From contig NIVC01002201.1 in the NCBI GenBank assembly GCA_002269645.1, forward strand, positions 140,277 through 204,276: DNA of 64,000 bases, read 5' to 3'. Within the stretch, counting starts at the first letter, position 1. Every line of letters starts with the position of its first letter. This DNA is from Macrostomum lignano. Taxonomy: Eukaryota. Below the pieces are notes generated by a model. That model did no database searches. It had not been told where the DNA came from and worked only from the letters and a program-made list of their open reading frames with translations. The position numbers were made by a program, and so were the translations under genes. Positions 25,184 to 38,180 of this stretch are shown here, in pieces.

Positions 25184-26104
25184 TTGGAAATTGAAGGTTT
25201 AGAATTCGCTTGCAAAACAAAAATTACTATAAAACACACTCAACCAGCATATATTCTAATCGACCTTTTCTGTTTATCACGTTTATACGAGTAAAGCTAA
25301 CGATGATCCCAGTTGTTGACTGTCTCTAGTCTTTATCTCTGTCTCTTTTTTCAGCAAGTATTTATTAGAACATACTTCTACCGGTAACTATATGCATTCG
25401 GCTGGAGAAGTTAATGAGTCTTACATGTGTTTTACGAGGAACGTACCATAAACAGCGCAATAGTGGCTATTCTGTATTTATCAAACAATATAATTCAGAT
25501 TGTAAGAAATAGACATTCTGGTCAGCTAATTCAAAACTAACTCGTACAAGTTTCTGATTTTTAAAGTTAATAAAATTAAAAACCAGCGGCTTTAGGGAAG
25601 TTGACAAATTTTGTTTTAACAAAACCATTTTTACATCCAAATAGCCACTACGAAACAAAGAAGCCCAAAATAGACTTCTTTGCGATTACTCTTTTAGTAG
25701 CAAGAAAAGCTTAATGGACTTCAAAACTTAACTTGATATGGTCCGAGATTCTGTATAAAAATCTAATATCATCCAACTTTCGATTTGAATTTTTACTTTG
25801 AAATGTTAAATATATAATTTGCTGACGGAACTGGGACAAGGCTAAAAACTAATATACTTATATCTTATGCTAATGGCTTTGTGCTAGAATACAGCTTCAG
25901 CTTCCATGAAAACAACAACACAGCAACAAAGTACACTGGATAGTCTCTAGTGTCACAGGGCGCGTCTCAAGGCCAGGGTGCGAACATAGGCTGCTCCCCC
26001 GGCAGAGTCCGGGGCGCCAGCGTCAGCCAGCAGACAGTCGACGAAATGCCGAGTGCGCGCCTGTCCTCGCCGGTAGGGTGCCTGCATCGTCAGCGGCAGC
26101 GTTA

Positions 26105-27355
26105 GCCATCAGAATTTCATGAAAAGCAAATTATGAGGCAACTGAGTGCAGTTCAGGGTCAGCTGTTTGCTGTCATTAAGTTTATTTTTAAGAGGTACTT
26201 ACCGCTCCTTCTGGACACACATGGACTAAAGGCTTATCATGCAAAGACTCTGATGTTCTTTATGCTTGAGAAGCACAGAACTAGTTAGTACCTTAGCTTG
26301 GAAGTTCCAAAATTTGATCGTTCTACTAAAAGAGGCACTAGACATGATGGTGTCATAATGGACTCAAGCAGCTTACCTGATGAGTGCATGCCGCACTTTT
26401 TAACTTCTGACGTTCCATTCTACTTTAAGAATGCTGGAATCGGCCGTGACTTTGACAACACAAAAACGAGGGTTCGAGACCGACTTAGCGAGCTTTGAAG
26501 AGATGTCAGTGAAGTGGTCGAGCAGCTAAGAAAACTCGTGAGACCGCTGCAGTCAGAGAAATTTTACTTTTAGCCATTCACTCTGCTTCCACTGAGGACT
26601 TTATTTGATGTCGCTCAGATCAGAGAAGCAACTGATGAGGAGGAGCACTATTTAAAGTACGCTGATGTATACAGGTTGGTCAACAATTGTATTAGTGAAT
26701 TGCAGTCAGAGTCAAACAACAGAGACACTCTTCTAGATGCAAAGTCTCGTTGTTGGAGGCAGCTGAATCTTTTGCACTCGCTGCAGTGGTGCCAGTGCGC
26801 CACCCTATGCTTGACCGCAATTGCGCATCTCAAATTTGGAGAATTTGAGCAGGCTGTGAACTTGTTAAAACAGCTTCAGATGCAGGATATTACACTAGGC
26901 TTGATGCCAAATGAAACTAAATGGATTCAATGGACAAGTCTACCCACTGAATCAGACTGGGCGTGGAGATTCTGCCTTCCTTGTGACTGTCCGCCTCTCT
27001 TCCCTTACCTACCTGAGTTTACTCAGACTCTGTTGACAGCGAGGTTATTGCAGCCTCGCTCCTCCCATCTGTACGTGAACTTCCGCTGCCTGAGCTGGAG
27101 TCTTCAAGCGGAACTGCTGCACGATTGCTCACCGATCAATTTTGACCCGTGGTTGGATGAGTTGAAAGAAGACCCAGACTTGGAGGAGCTGCTCACTCTT
27201 GCCCACTAAAGCGACTGCCGCGACCACGTAGAGTTCTGTGTAGCGACAGATGACAGAGATCGGAGATTAAAAACGCGTCGCCATGGACACTCAGGACTTT
27301 GAAAAGATTAAAAAGGCCAGTGAAAGACTAGAGAGGATCTACTGCACCCGTTTTT
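26105..27355 (+). pseudogene. Mab-21/cGAS-like (cGLR) pseudogene, C-terminal two-thirds only
   Basis: HEKQIMRQLSAVQGQLFAVIKFIFKRYLP..GLKAYHAKTLMFFMLEK, CMPHF..YFKNAG, F*PFTLLP, DWAWRFCLP, SHLYVNFRCLSWSLQAELL and DLEELLTLAH*SDC all match 38181-39606. Several in-frame stops (e.g. ~26570, 27207) and frameshifts. Confidence 0.88.
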
Positions 27356-28789
27356 GACAAAGCACAAATGCTTTGGCACTTTTGACACTGCAATACCAAG
27401 GTTTTGACACTTTTACTCATAGGTGTGTTAGGAAATTGAAATTAGCTAATTGCTAATTTTGTCAAGGACTGAACGAGACTATTCGTGTATGTGTTTATGT
27501 TCTTTTACATATCCGATTGTAACTTTATTTTGTAAAATTTGATGGACAATTTTCATTTTAATATGACCCATGATTTGTAAATTTTTCATTACTAAATGCT
27601 GCTGTGGCAAAGATGGGACAAAATACCGTACATAAAGTTGTAGCTCATTATGCTAGGGTACTTTATATTCTTTGTTTGCTATAGAACATATATATTAGTA
27701 GTAGCCTAAAATGTGATTGCCAATAAAATTTGACTTCCGAAAATTTAGGTTAGGGTTTATGTTAAGGTTATGGCTTGCACTAAGACCATCAGTCGATTTT
27801 TTGGCAGTCAATAATTAGTTTTTATGATTCCAATACTTGAATAAAATTTTAAGTCCTATGTCAATTGTTAGAATAAATGACAAATAATAATATTAATAAA
27901 TAATAATAGCTGTCGATAATTTCCAAGCAGTCTTAACGTGGAGAAAGAATCTCACCAGCTAATCATGATGAAGATTCATTATACTGGATTTTCACGAAAC
28001 AGAGAGTTTGGTATAGTCGTGGATATGCACACTCTATTGTACCTCGTAGGCCAAAAAGGTATATGGATCCACGAGTGAGCTAATTTTAATTCAAGCATTT
28101 TCATTTCTCTTTGGTCCCCCCTTTTTATGCTGATTTTATAAATGCCACACCAGTAGATCAATTTAAAAGCAATCAGATCAGACCTGGTTTGAAAATCGGT
28201 AAATAGCCCGGCCGGAAAATTTCATGCGCTGTGTGGTGCAATATTTTACTTTTATCAACGCAAGAAAAGTCTCGTTATTTAGTTTTAAAAGCCCCGCTTG
28301 CTTTGGACGTACAAGCATTACTACTTACAGTAGAATCTTGCTAGTGGTGTGTAATTTTTAGTTTTCTACTCACAAGTTAATTTATAGAAACTGCAAGATC
28401 TTATCACTGATCGAACTCAGCAACAACAACAGCAACATGATTCACAAGGCAGATTCCTGGTCGGTTGGCGTTAGAAAGCAGTGAGCAGGCAAGGCATTTG
28501 CGCGCCTGCCCTCGCCGAAGCGGTACCTGTAACGCAGCAGCAGCAACTGTTGCACTGGCTTTAAGCAGCACTGTACACTGTAATTTTGTAATGCATTTCT
28601 GTCCAGCCTCTGTTTCTGAAAACGGTTCTATTTAGGGTAGACAGGTATGTACGCTCTTACTTCACGTATGAGATACTAGTATAGTGAGAGACTTAAATAG
28701 GCATATAAAAGCCCGAGACGACCCACTTTTTATTCTACTTTTCTCACCCGCCTGATAGCTAGCAGCAGCTTTCTTGAAACAATTCGAGC

Positions 28790-31608
28790 ATGGCCTACCA
28801 AATTTCGATGCAAAAATCGCTCGCGGCAGCTGCCATTCGAGCCAAAGACTCGCGTCGACTTCTACCGATCTGCCAAGAGATGAAGTCGAATTTCATTCTC
28901 ACTATCGACCGTTTCGAACAGTCGGTGGCTCACCATATTGCGTGCTTGCCTAAAAACTGTCTCTGCTGCCTTGAGGCTCTTACTTCTAGGCTTGGACCCG
29001 ACTGCCTCACCTGCTTGAACAAATTAAACAATACTCCGGTGCATCTAGCCGCTCTATACCAAGACGAGTCGTGGATGAGGTTTGCCCACCAACTCGTTGG
29101 AAGTGACTGCTTCTATCAGACGGGCAACAACGGTCGCAACGCTTTTCACAATGCCGCCTTAAATGAAGTGACAAATTCTGTTCTTAAGTGGCTTGTTGAG
29201 CAATGCGGTGTCGATTGTTTATCTGTTCGCGACCAATTCGGCAATACTCCAATACATCTCGCCGCTTTGAAGCAGGATGAGGATTCATTGCATCTCTTCC
29301 AGACAATCCTAGGATGCGACTGCTTTAGTCAGTCTAATAGCAGCAACCAGAATGCTGTTCACTTTGCTGCTATGAATGTACGGCAAAGTTCTTCCCTCAA
29401 AATGTTGGTCTCACTTCTTGGTTCGTCCTGCTTATTGACTAAAGACTCAAATGATGCGACCCCTGTCCATTTGGCTGCTCAATATCAAGATGTGGACTCG
29501 CTCCGCTTCATCTTCAATTCATTGGATTGCTCAGCATTCAATCTCGTCGATGTTAGCGGAAAGACTTTGGCCGACTATGCGCAAGAAAACACTCTGCACG
29601 GGGAGCAGATACTGCAGTTAATCGTTGAAATAAAGGAAACACAGTCGGAGCAGCAGTCCGAACCGATACAAGAGATGGCCTGCTTGCAAATGCAGAAGCA
29701 AACGGAGCAGCAGCAGCAAGAAGAACAGCAGCAAGAAAAACAGGAGGAGCAGCAGGAGCAGAAACAGGATGAGCAGCAGGAGCAAAAACAGGAGGAGCAG
29801 CAGGAGCAGAAACAGGAGGAGCAGCAGGAGCAAAAACAGGAGGAGCAGCAGGAGCAAAAACAGGAGGAGCAGCAGGAGCAAAAACAGGAGGAGCAGCAGG
29901 AGCAGAAACAGGAGGAGCAGCAGGAGCAGGAGCAAAAACAGCAGGAGCAGCAGCAGGAGCAAAAACAGGATGAGCAGCAGGAGCAAAAACAGGAGGAGCA
30001 GCAGGAGCAGAAACAGGAGGAGCAGCAGGAGCAAAAACAGGAGGAGCAGCAGGAGCAGGAGCAAAAACAGGAGGAGCAGCAGGAGCAGAAACAGGAGGAG
30101 CAGCAGGAGCAGGAGCAAAAACAGCAGGAGCAGCAGCAGGAGCAAAAACAAGAGGAGCAGCAGGAGCAGAAACAGGAGGAGCAGCAATATGAAGCCAAAG
30201 AAGACCGGAGTCCTGCGTCCAATCGGAACTCCTTAGTTAGGTTTGTACTCGTATTTGGTGTGTACTGAAAATGCAACCAATAACGCATATTACAGATGCG
30301 TTACAAGTTCAGAAGAAAATTTGCTGTAAATAAGTTTTTTCATGAACAAGCCTAAATAATTCCGTTTTACATATTTATTCAGACGCAAGCTTCCACTGGA
30401 CCCAGATTTCACGAATTGGGACTTCCTCTACGACGACGAAGGCAATAAGCAACAAATTGGCGAAGGCGGATTCGGCCAGGTGTTCAAAGTCTTCACCGAC
30501 AAGCGGCAAACTGTGGCCGTCAAGATTGTTCAGCTGGAAATTGTGGGCAACCTGAAGCTTCTAGACCAAGCGGTTGAACAGGAGAACGCGGAGATTGCTG
30601 TTCTGAGAAGCATTCGGCATCCAAACATTCTGAAGTTTCTCAAGTCTCAGCGCACCAGGAACCACAAGTTGTGCATCTTTACAGAGCTCATCGCCGGCCA
30701 TAGTCTCACTGATCTGATGCGACGTCAGCGGAAACCGTTTGATGAATGCGCCATCAGGGATTTTTCTATGCAGGTGGGTATCATACTAAAAATATGAATT
30801 AGCATTCTCGGAGAGTGGCGAATAGTAAACGCGTTAGGGATTCGATTCGGTGGTTAATTTGCTTTCAAATTAGCAAATTTGGAATCCACCCGTGGCTACG
30901 GGCTACGAAGGCTACGAAGTTTTTACCTTTTTACGGATTTGAGCGAAAATGGGGGCCTTGCCGTTTAAAACAGTGTGTACAGTATAACGGTTGCTGCGCC
31001 TAAGGATGTACGCGTCATTATCATCTGGCTGTGGGCATCTCCTGCAAGCTAGATGTAGTTATCTAAACTGTCTTCTAAAGCATAAATCCTTGCTCTACTT
31101 TTAAAACTATTACACTGTAAATTTACAGATTTGCATCGCTCTCAACTACCTGCACAGTCGTAATCCCGTGACGCTGCACCGGGACATCAAGTGCAGCAAT
31201 ATCATGCTGAGTAATAAAGGCATCATTAAACTGATCGATTTCGGCCTCGCCAAGGAGATCTTTCACAGCATTGGTAGCACTAAAAGTCTCAGCGGCACCG
31301 TCAACTTCATGGCTCCAGAGCTGTTCAACGAGGAAGGCAAAACTGTGTACTCACCCAAATCGGACGTATGGGCGTTTGGCTGCACAATATACGAAATGCT
31401 AACGATGGAGCCGCCAAACTCAGAGCTGGGTTGGCAGCAAGTCGGATTCCGAATCCAGAAAAATCCTATGCCAGATCTCCCAAATGGTGTCTCCGACAGT
31501 CTGAGGGATTTTTACCGTCGCTGCGTTGTGAGGAATCCTAAGAGTCGAGCTGATACCGACGAACTTCTGGAGCACATGTTTCTACCTAAGGTAGATTGCC
31601 AGCGATAA
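28790..31608 (+). CDS. Ankyrin-repeat / QE-rich linker / Ser-Thr kinase (STE/NEK-like), 773 aa; exons 28790-30240, 30383-30773, 31129-31608
   Basis: About 6 ANK repeats ([45 protein letters not shown]). Kinase motifs [23 protein letters not shown] and DVWAFG are all intact. Introns are GT-AG and phase-matched; the 2322-nt total is divisible by 3. Confidence 0.92.
29700..30185 (+). repeat. Coding tandem repeat, 24-bp unit CAGGAGCAGAAACAGGAGGAGCAG (QEQKQEEQ)
   Basis: About 18-20 near-identical units, in frame within exon 1 of the ANK-kinase. Confidence 0.95.
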
Positions 31609-31938
31609 AGGACAAGTAGCTACGCTTACAAGTGTAATGGAGACCGTTTGAACTTAAAAGTTTTAACAATCAACTAAAATGGTCTATTGTCCGTAGCCAA
31701 TATTATTATTTTTGCTGAAAATTTCCCACAGTTTATCATTTTGTGAACAATTTTTGATGTACTAATGTTTATTTACTTTTTTGTTAAATCTTTTTAAGTA
31801 GCTGGTCTTAGTGTCGTTAAACGCAAAATAGCTATATATTTTTCTCGACCATTGTTGCTTAGACAAGTCCAACGTTACCGCTGTAGCTATTATAAAATGA
31901 TTCAAATGTTTTTTTTGATAGATTCTGAAACTTCCAGT

Positions 31939-31940
<2 letters not shown>

Positions 31941-31993
<53 letters not shown>

Positions 31994-32007
31994 CCTCCCT
32001 CTCTCTA
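31941..32007. repeat. (CT)n microsatellite
   Basis: Directly visible dinucleotide run. Confidence 0.95.
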
Positions 32008-34369
32008 TCTCTTTCTTGCTAGAAAAGAGCATGAAAGATAAGAATCGCAAGCTAAGGAGCTCCAGAACAATAATGGAGTCTGTTTGGCTGTTGCTTCTAT
32101 TATGCATTCGGTTTGTTTTGTATTTCAACGGTATGCCGAACCGTGCGCACTACTAGTACCAGGTATCATGCAAACTCCTATAGCTACGTGGCTATGCCAG
32201 ATTGTTGCAATGCTTCGGGCCGGGGTCTTGGATTCACAGGACAAAACTTTATTTAGACAGCCATTAAATCCGTCAAAGGCTTCTTTCGCGACTACAGCTT
32301 CTTATTGTTGCATGAGAGGCTACAATACGTTTTGTACGCCAGAGTTTTGGTCTAGAAGCCAAATTTCAAGACATTAGATATAGCTCATTTGCTTGCTACA
32401 CCAATGCTACTTTTAGTAGTCTGTGTTGAATTCGATCTAAACAACATTCGTGTTTAGTTATAGTATATTAGGAATGTTAATTAACACACTAAAATCAATA
32501 TATTGCTCAATATAACACTCAATATAATGCTAATTCTTTACTGCTATAATATAATAAAATATAATGCTAACTATATTCTACCATTTAGAAAAGAAAAATT
32601 TTACTTCTTGCAAATGTCATCAGAAGCGTAATATTATTTCTGGACTAGATAATCTACGATCATGTTCAAGCAAATGTAACATGCACTACAGTTGAAGACA
32701 CTAAAACAGAATCATTTTTTAAATAGCGAAAATAGAACACTCACAAAAGTCAGAGATACTAAGGTATCTCTTATATCTCAGAGGTAAGGTATAATAACTA
32801 ACTGTGTCGCTCACGAAAAATGCAGAACCATTTAATTTTCTTCTTTATCCTGTTTTGCCCACTCCAGACTGGCGCAGACTCGAATTTTATTGAAAAATAA
32901 AATCTGCTAATTACATCGACAAGCTGTAAGATATTACACATACAGTTATACGCTCGTATGAGGAAATAAGTGTACCCATTCTACGAGCGTATAGATGTTG
33001 CGAGCAGCTAGCTCGTACAGGTCCTATAGCTAAGAGAGGACACCGCGAGAGAGACGAGCAGCTAGGTAGAATTTGAAAGGTAGAAAAATCAGCTAATCTG
33101 CATGGAGATTAAACTAATCCGTCGCCACCAACCCGTACGAATTGAGTTTTCTGATTTGAAGGGGCTGCCCTGCCAACTACATGTACAATAGTGTCTTTCA
33201 GCTGTCAATCTCAAACGCATGTGGACTCCAACCTTTAGCTTAGCTGCACGTCTGAGCTCGCGTTGAGCTCGCAAAGAAATAAAGTAAAACAAATTATCTG
33301 AGTTGCCTTCTCACTATACTCAAGTTGACCCAGAGTGAACAAGCTACTGCGTCTCTTACTCTCTTAGTACAAAACGCTGGATTTCTTCCTAAAAAAATTC
33401 AGCTCATGAAAACAAGCAAGCAAAGAGCAACACCCAATCAAAGTACAGAAGCAGTGCCACATAAAAGAGTACTCTCAGTTAAGCGGGTTCAAGTAGCCTC
33501 TTTTCCAACCAATCAGATGCTAGAGACTGCCAGTGATCAAGGAATCCTAAGCACCAGACAGGTCACTGAAGATGGTGTCTTCCAGTTTTATGTCGCTAAA
33601 CGGGGAGGCGACGTCACGATTCCGTCACGATTCCCCAGAAGGGAAATCAGCAAGTTGGGGAAGGGGATCGCGGGGTTCTCCAGCCAGTCTTTCATGTAGT
33701 TAATCCAAATATGTATCAAGAAGCCTAAGGGATTTTGCAAAATCAAGGACTACCAGACTAGAATTGTTCCTAGTGGTCCTTGTGCAAAATACTAGCTAGA
33801 ATTTCGAATTTGCGAACTACATTTCTACATGTACTAGAATCCAGAATTAATGCAGAAACAGTGCAGAAATTTAAATAATTTTGCCTATGTATGTGTACAT
33901 CGAAAGCGCGCATAATTTTAATGTGACATTTTCTGTATTCAAATTTTATCGATCATGACACTGGCAGAGTTTTCGATTGCAGCTATTAGTAATACGACGT
34001 TGAATGCGCTAACTAAATAAAAATGATAAAGATCAAATGTTAAATATTATTAAGTTCCTTTCGTCATTAAGTCATTATGAACTTTTCCTTTTGCTGAAAC
34101 AGCGGCGTACTGAAGCCCGGAGGAGTAACTGCGTAGTTACGGCGAAGTTACCGCGGAGTAACCACTGAATTACCTTGGATTTACCTGGGAATTACCTCGA
34201 TTTTACGCATATTTCTTATAAATTGTCAGGGTGGGCTCTAAAGCTTTATACTCGTACAAGCAGGCTCGGTTTTAATCTACCTGCAAGTGTCCAAGCTTAC
34301 AATTATTTGCAAACCAAGTCTCCTTTTTGTTTGGCACAGCTGCTACGACTGTAGCACACGCGGTGAGTA

Positions 34370-35146
34370 GTTGCATATACGACACGCTTCGATTAAACTT
34401 CATACGTTCGTAAATAAAGTGCCTGAAAACCTGACAAGTGCGCTTGACGATTGTCCAAAAGGAGTGGATGCCTTTCTGATTGTCCTAAGATACGATGTCA
34501 GGGCGACTGAGGAAGAACTAAATGCTGCCAATGATGCAGTCAAATGTTTGGCCCAAAAGCTTTTGAAAGAGCGATCATTGTCTTCACGCATTGTGAAAAG
34601 CTTAATGGCAACAATAGAGGCTTTCAAGAATATCTGAAAAATAAACTATGCCCTGCAATTCCCAAGTTCAGAGATCTGCTGTCGAAAGTGGGCGATAGGG
34701 TCACCATGCTGAGTAATGACAAGAGCGATGCCAACTCCGAGTTAAGACAGCAGCAGATCAATGACCTGTTAGAACTAATCGATGAAGTTGCACAGCACAA
34801 CAAAAAGCGCTTCAAAAAAACGGATCAGGAAACTGAGTCAGACGCGCAAAACCAGATGGTGATGATTTCTGGCGCTCTACGCCAGACCCAGCAACTGCAA
34901 GTGGCACAGCAGTCGCAGATCCAACAAATTCAGCATCTGTTCATGATTAAGATGATGCTGGAAATGCACGCTCGTGAGTTCGGTATGGCAATGGAGGTAC
35001 AACGCATGAGAATGCGAGAAACATTGGAACAGGAGCTAAGAAATCAAAGGTTGGAAATGCAATATCAGCAACGAAGGGCAATCGAAGTCCACGTACATGA
35101 AAGAGAGAGAGAGAAGGCGACTGCTCTATTCTATAATCGATTTTAG
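34370..35146 (+). pseudogene. AIG1/GIMAP-like GTPase fragment with coiled-coil tail, frameshifted, G1 (P-loop) not found
   Basis: CPKGVDAFLIVLRYDVRATEEELNAANDAVK / MFGPKAFERAIIVFTHCEKL..FQEYL..FRDLLSKVGDRV..QQQINDLLELIDEV follows the AIG1 consensus (PGPHAFLLV..RFTEEE..LFG..IVLFTHGD). 1-nt deletion in the A-run at 34542-34544. Confidence 0.75.
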
Positions 35147-38100
35147 AAGACTAAAGATCGACTTCATTTTTAAAAGTCCAAAGTCACATTGTGACGTTGC
35201 CAGTTTAAAGTGGTCCCGAGAGGGGCCGTCGGACTGTAACTCCTCTACAATTTCTCCAATCGTTTATTTTAACGTTTACTTGTAGTAGTGCCCAATGAAT
35301 CTGTACCTATCGCTAATTCACTGCCCGTTTTGCTATCCTTTCATGCGACCGTAGAAAACTTGCACGATCGATAATTTTAAGTTCTTTAGCCAGCCAATGA
35401 AAACCACTCGTGCTTCGCGCTACCCCCCCCCTCTGCGCTCCTTTATTAACCCCTGCCTGGCGGGCTGGGGGCCTCCTCACCTCTTGGCTTCTTGTCTGGT
35501 TCTCGCGTTCTTCTCTTGTCTGGCTGCCTCGAGCCTCCTTATCTCTCGCCACGGCCCCTCTGTCTGGGCCAGCCTGTTTACACTACTTCACTGTGTTCCG
35601 CCACGGCTAACGCCAATCTCGCCACTACTCATCTGCCTGCCTACTGCTACTCACTGCCTTCACTGTGCTCATCGCCATTGCTCATAACGTTGCGTTGCCA
35701 CCGCATCATTCGCCTGCCACTGACTTCATATTCTAATTATCTTCAAAACCATTGTTGCAGCCGCCAGTGCCCAGAAAGCTATAGTTTGTGTATTGACAGT
35801 AATAACCAGTTCTAATATTGATCTCAACAATAAAAACAACTACGGCAGTTTCCTGCCTTTATCGCCAAGTGCTCCGCTACACAATCCGATTTGCAAGAGT
35901 TGACTTCGATTTATTTTGGAACTACGACTTACTGCAACTCTCGTCAAAACGGCCCTTTTAAGGGTCATAGCCATAGCCAGCCGCTACATCAAATAATCGT
36001 GACACACATAATTTCTAAACAGCCCTAAACCATATATTTTTCAGGTGATTCAAAAGTAGTCGGACGTATATACTCGATTGCACTTTTCCACCCCTTTGTC
36101 TATTTTTGTATATTCATCTATTGAAGCGATGTTTATCTTATCGCTGCATCCCTTCTGTACTGATTGTAATGAAACGTTAATAAAAGTGTCACCATTGTAG
36201 TGTAACCCAGTCAGTAGCGAATTTACGTTTTACAATTTTTACGATATGTATCTATATATAGAAGAATTAATCACATTAAGAGCTGAATGGTTCCATTGGT
36301 AGTAATTTCTTTTGGTGTGATTAATGTGTGATTTTTTGTTTATCATAATCATTTAAATAGCTTTGTTATCTCGAATATATATTTATGGAAGCGTTAACCC
36401 GATATTAGCATCTTCATACCAGCTGTTTTACAGACTCAAGGCTTGCCTCCGACTCAAATTTAACAAGAAATTTATTTAAAAACTGAAGACAGGAGGAAAA
36501 ATTGAAACCCCAACCAGGAGTCAACCGGACTTTGATGCTCGATGTGCTCCTGAGGCCACAAACCCCTTAGGAATTGTGGGAGTGTACGCTCTGCGCCGTA
36601 ATAATAATGTACGGCTGGCTTGGTCGATAAATTCGTAGCAATATTCTTATTACGCAATACTGTCGTGCCTATAAATATATTGAATTGAGCAGTCGGCTCA
36701 TTTAAGCGCATCGTTTCTCTCGCCAAACTAAATAGCTAGTCTGAGTCATTACAGGAATTAAAGGAAAAGTTACGTTTCTATATTGAATTTTAATGACGCT
36801 GCGCAGACAAACTATTGAAAAGGAGAAGACCAAGGACCACTAGTAGATAGTAGATACTTAAGTAGTCCGTGGAGAAGACTCTTTGATTTTTCTCACATTT
36901 ATTTGAGTGACATATCTTCCGATACATCTAATCTAGTAGCTGTCACTAAAGTGTGACGGGATTGAATTAGTTGTGAAATGTCATTGTTTTTACTGTCAGT
37001 AGACTAATACGTAAATGTATCCTATTTTGTGTAACTTGTGTGTACATTCTTGCAATTGGGTTTTATATATCAGCATGTGATAAATTTCTAGCCAATCGAT
37101 AATCTTGCCCAGCGCCCACGTAACTATCAACCAATCATAATTCGCTGCTACTATCTATTGCTTTGATCTATTTTTAATAACTTGTTTTCTCGTAGCTACT
37201 CTAAGAAACTTGGCCTACTCAGCAAGCTAAATATAATCACTTTCTTGGACAGCTATATGCATATATATTCTGCTATGTTCGTTTTTGAGTGCCAAGGTCT
37301 GCTACGCTGCGACAGGTTTAATTCGTCCCAAAAGTATGCATTCGCGTAAAAATTGTCTAGTTACTTGTAACAGTTTGTTTAAATCACGCAAATAGAAAGC
37401 AGTAAAATGACATGTACTATACATGTAGTTTATAGTACATGTTCGTATTATATTACATGTTCGTATATTCGTAAATAAATAAGAACCACTTCAGTAATAT
37501 CAATTTAATAGCAGAATCAAATTAAACATATTGCACAGTCAATTAAAGCGATGAGCTTCAAGATTATGGAAAAATTAGTATAATCATTCATGAATTCGAA
37601 TTACTGTAAACAATTAGCCAAGCAAAAGTACGAAGCACACTGCAAGTGAATTCTCCATGATCTCATCATAGTAGCCGTGTATGTTTTGGTACGTCTTTGT
37701 GGATCTTAGATTGCCTTTTAAATGTTTTGTTGTGTCTTTGTTTGTTTTGGTGCGTCTTGACGCGTCTTAGAGTCCCCGTGATGTATCAGTGTTTCTTGAT
37801 GTGTCTTTGTAGTGTGTCTTTATGCGTTTTAGTGTGTCCTGAATGTGTTTTGGTTTAGATGTTCAGATTTTTTAAGTCCTAAAAGCAATTGGAGCTAAAA
37901 GGCTGACAGTCCAAATTCAGAAAAATTTTTGTTGATTCTAAAAAGTTTCTAGACTTCTAACTGCTGTAGAACTACCTCAAGTACTTTACTGCAGCTAATC
38001 TTCTTTCTTTAGTACTTTAAGTACTAAATGCATCTATACATCTTCATCAGATGTATATTTAAACGATATCGAAATAGAACTCTTAACAGAAAATCTTCAG

Positions 38101-38180
38101 CGTATGTACGAGTACAAACAAAAGTTCGTATTTTTTAAGCTTGATAAATCTCAAGCCGTACGAGCGTGCCTGGCATTAAA

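Noticed and set aside
29575-30288. Cys-rich (CCSSCFCS)n, poly-Leu and RS-rich ORFs resembling metallothionein/keratin-associated or SR proteins
   Set aside because: They are alternative frames of the 24-bp QE repeat. The ANK-kinase frame is supported by domains and splice phases.
35290-35830. GC/pyrimidine-rich stretch with several overlapping ORFs, possibly an LTR or retroelement leader
   Set aside because: No second copy, TSD, PBS or recognisable peptide in the window.
37680-37860. Loose ~10-bp periodic gtgtcttt motif
   Set aside because: Degenerate low-complexity sequence with no further structure.
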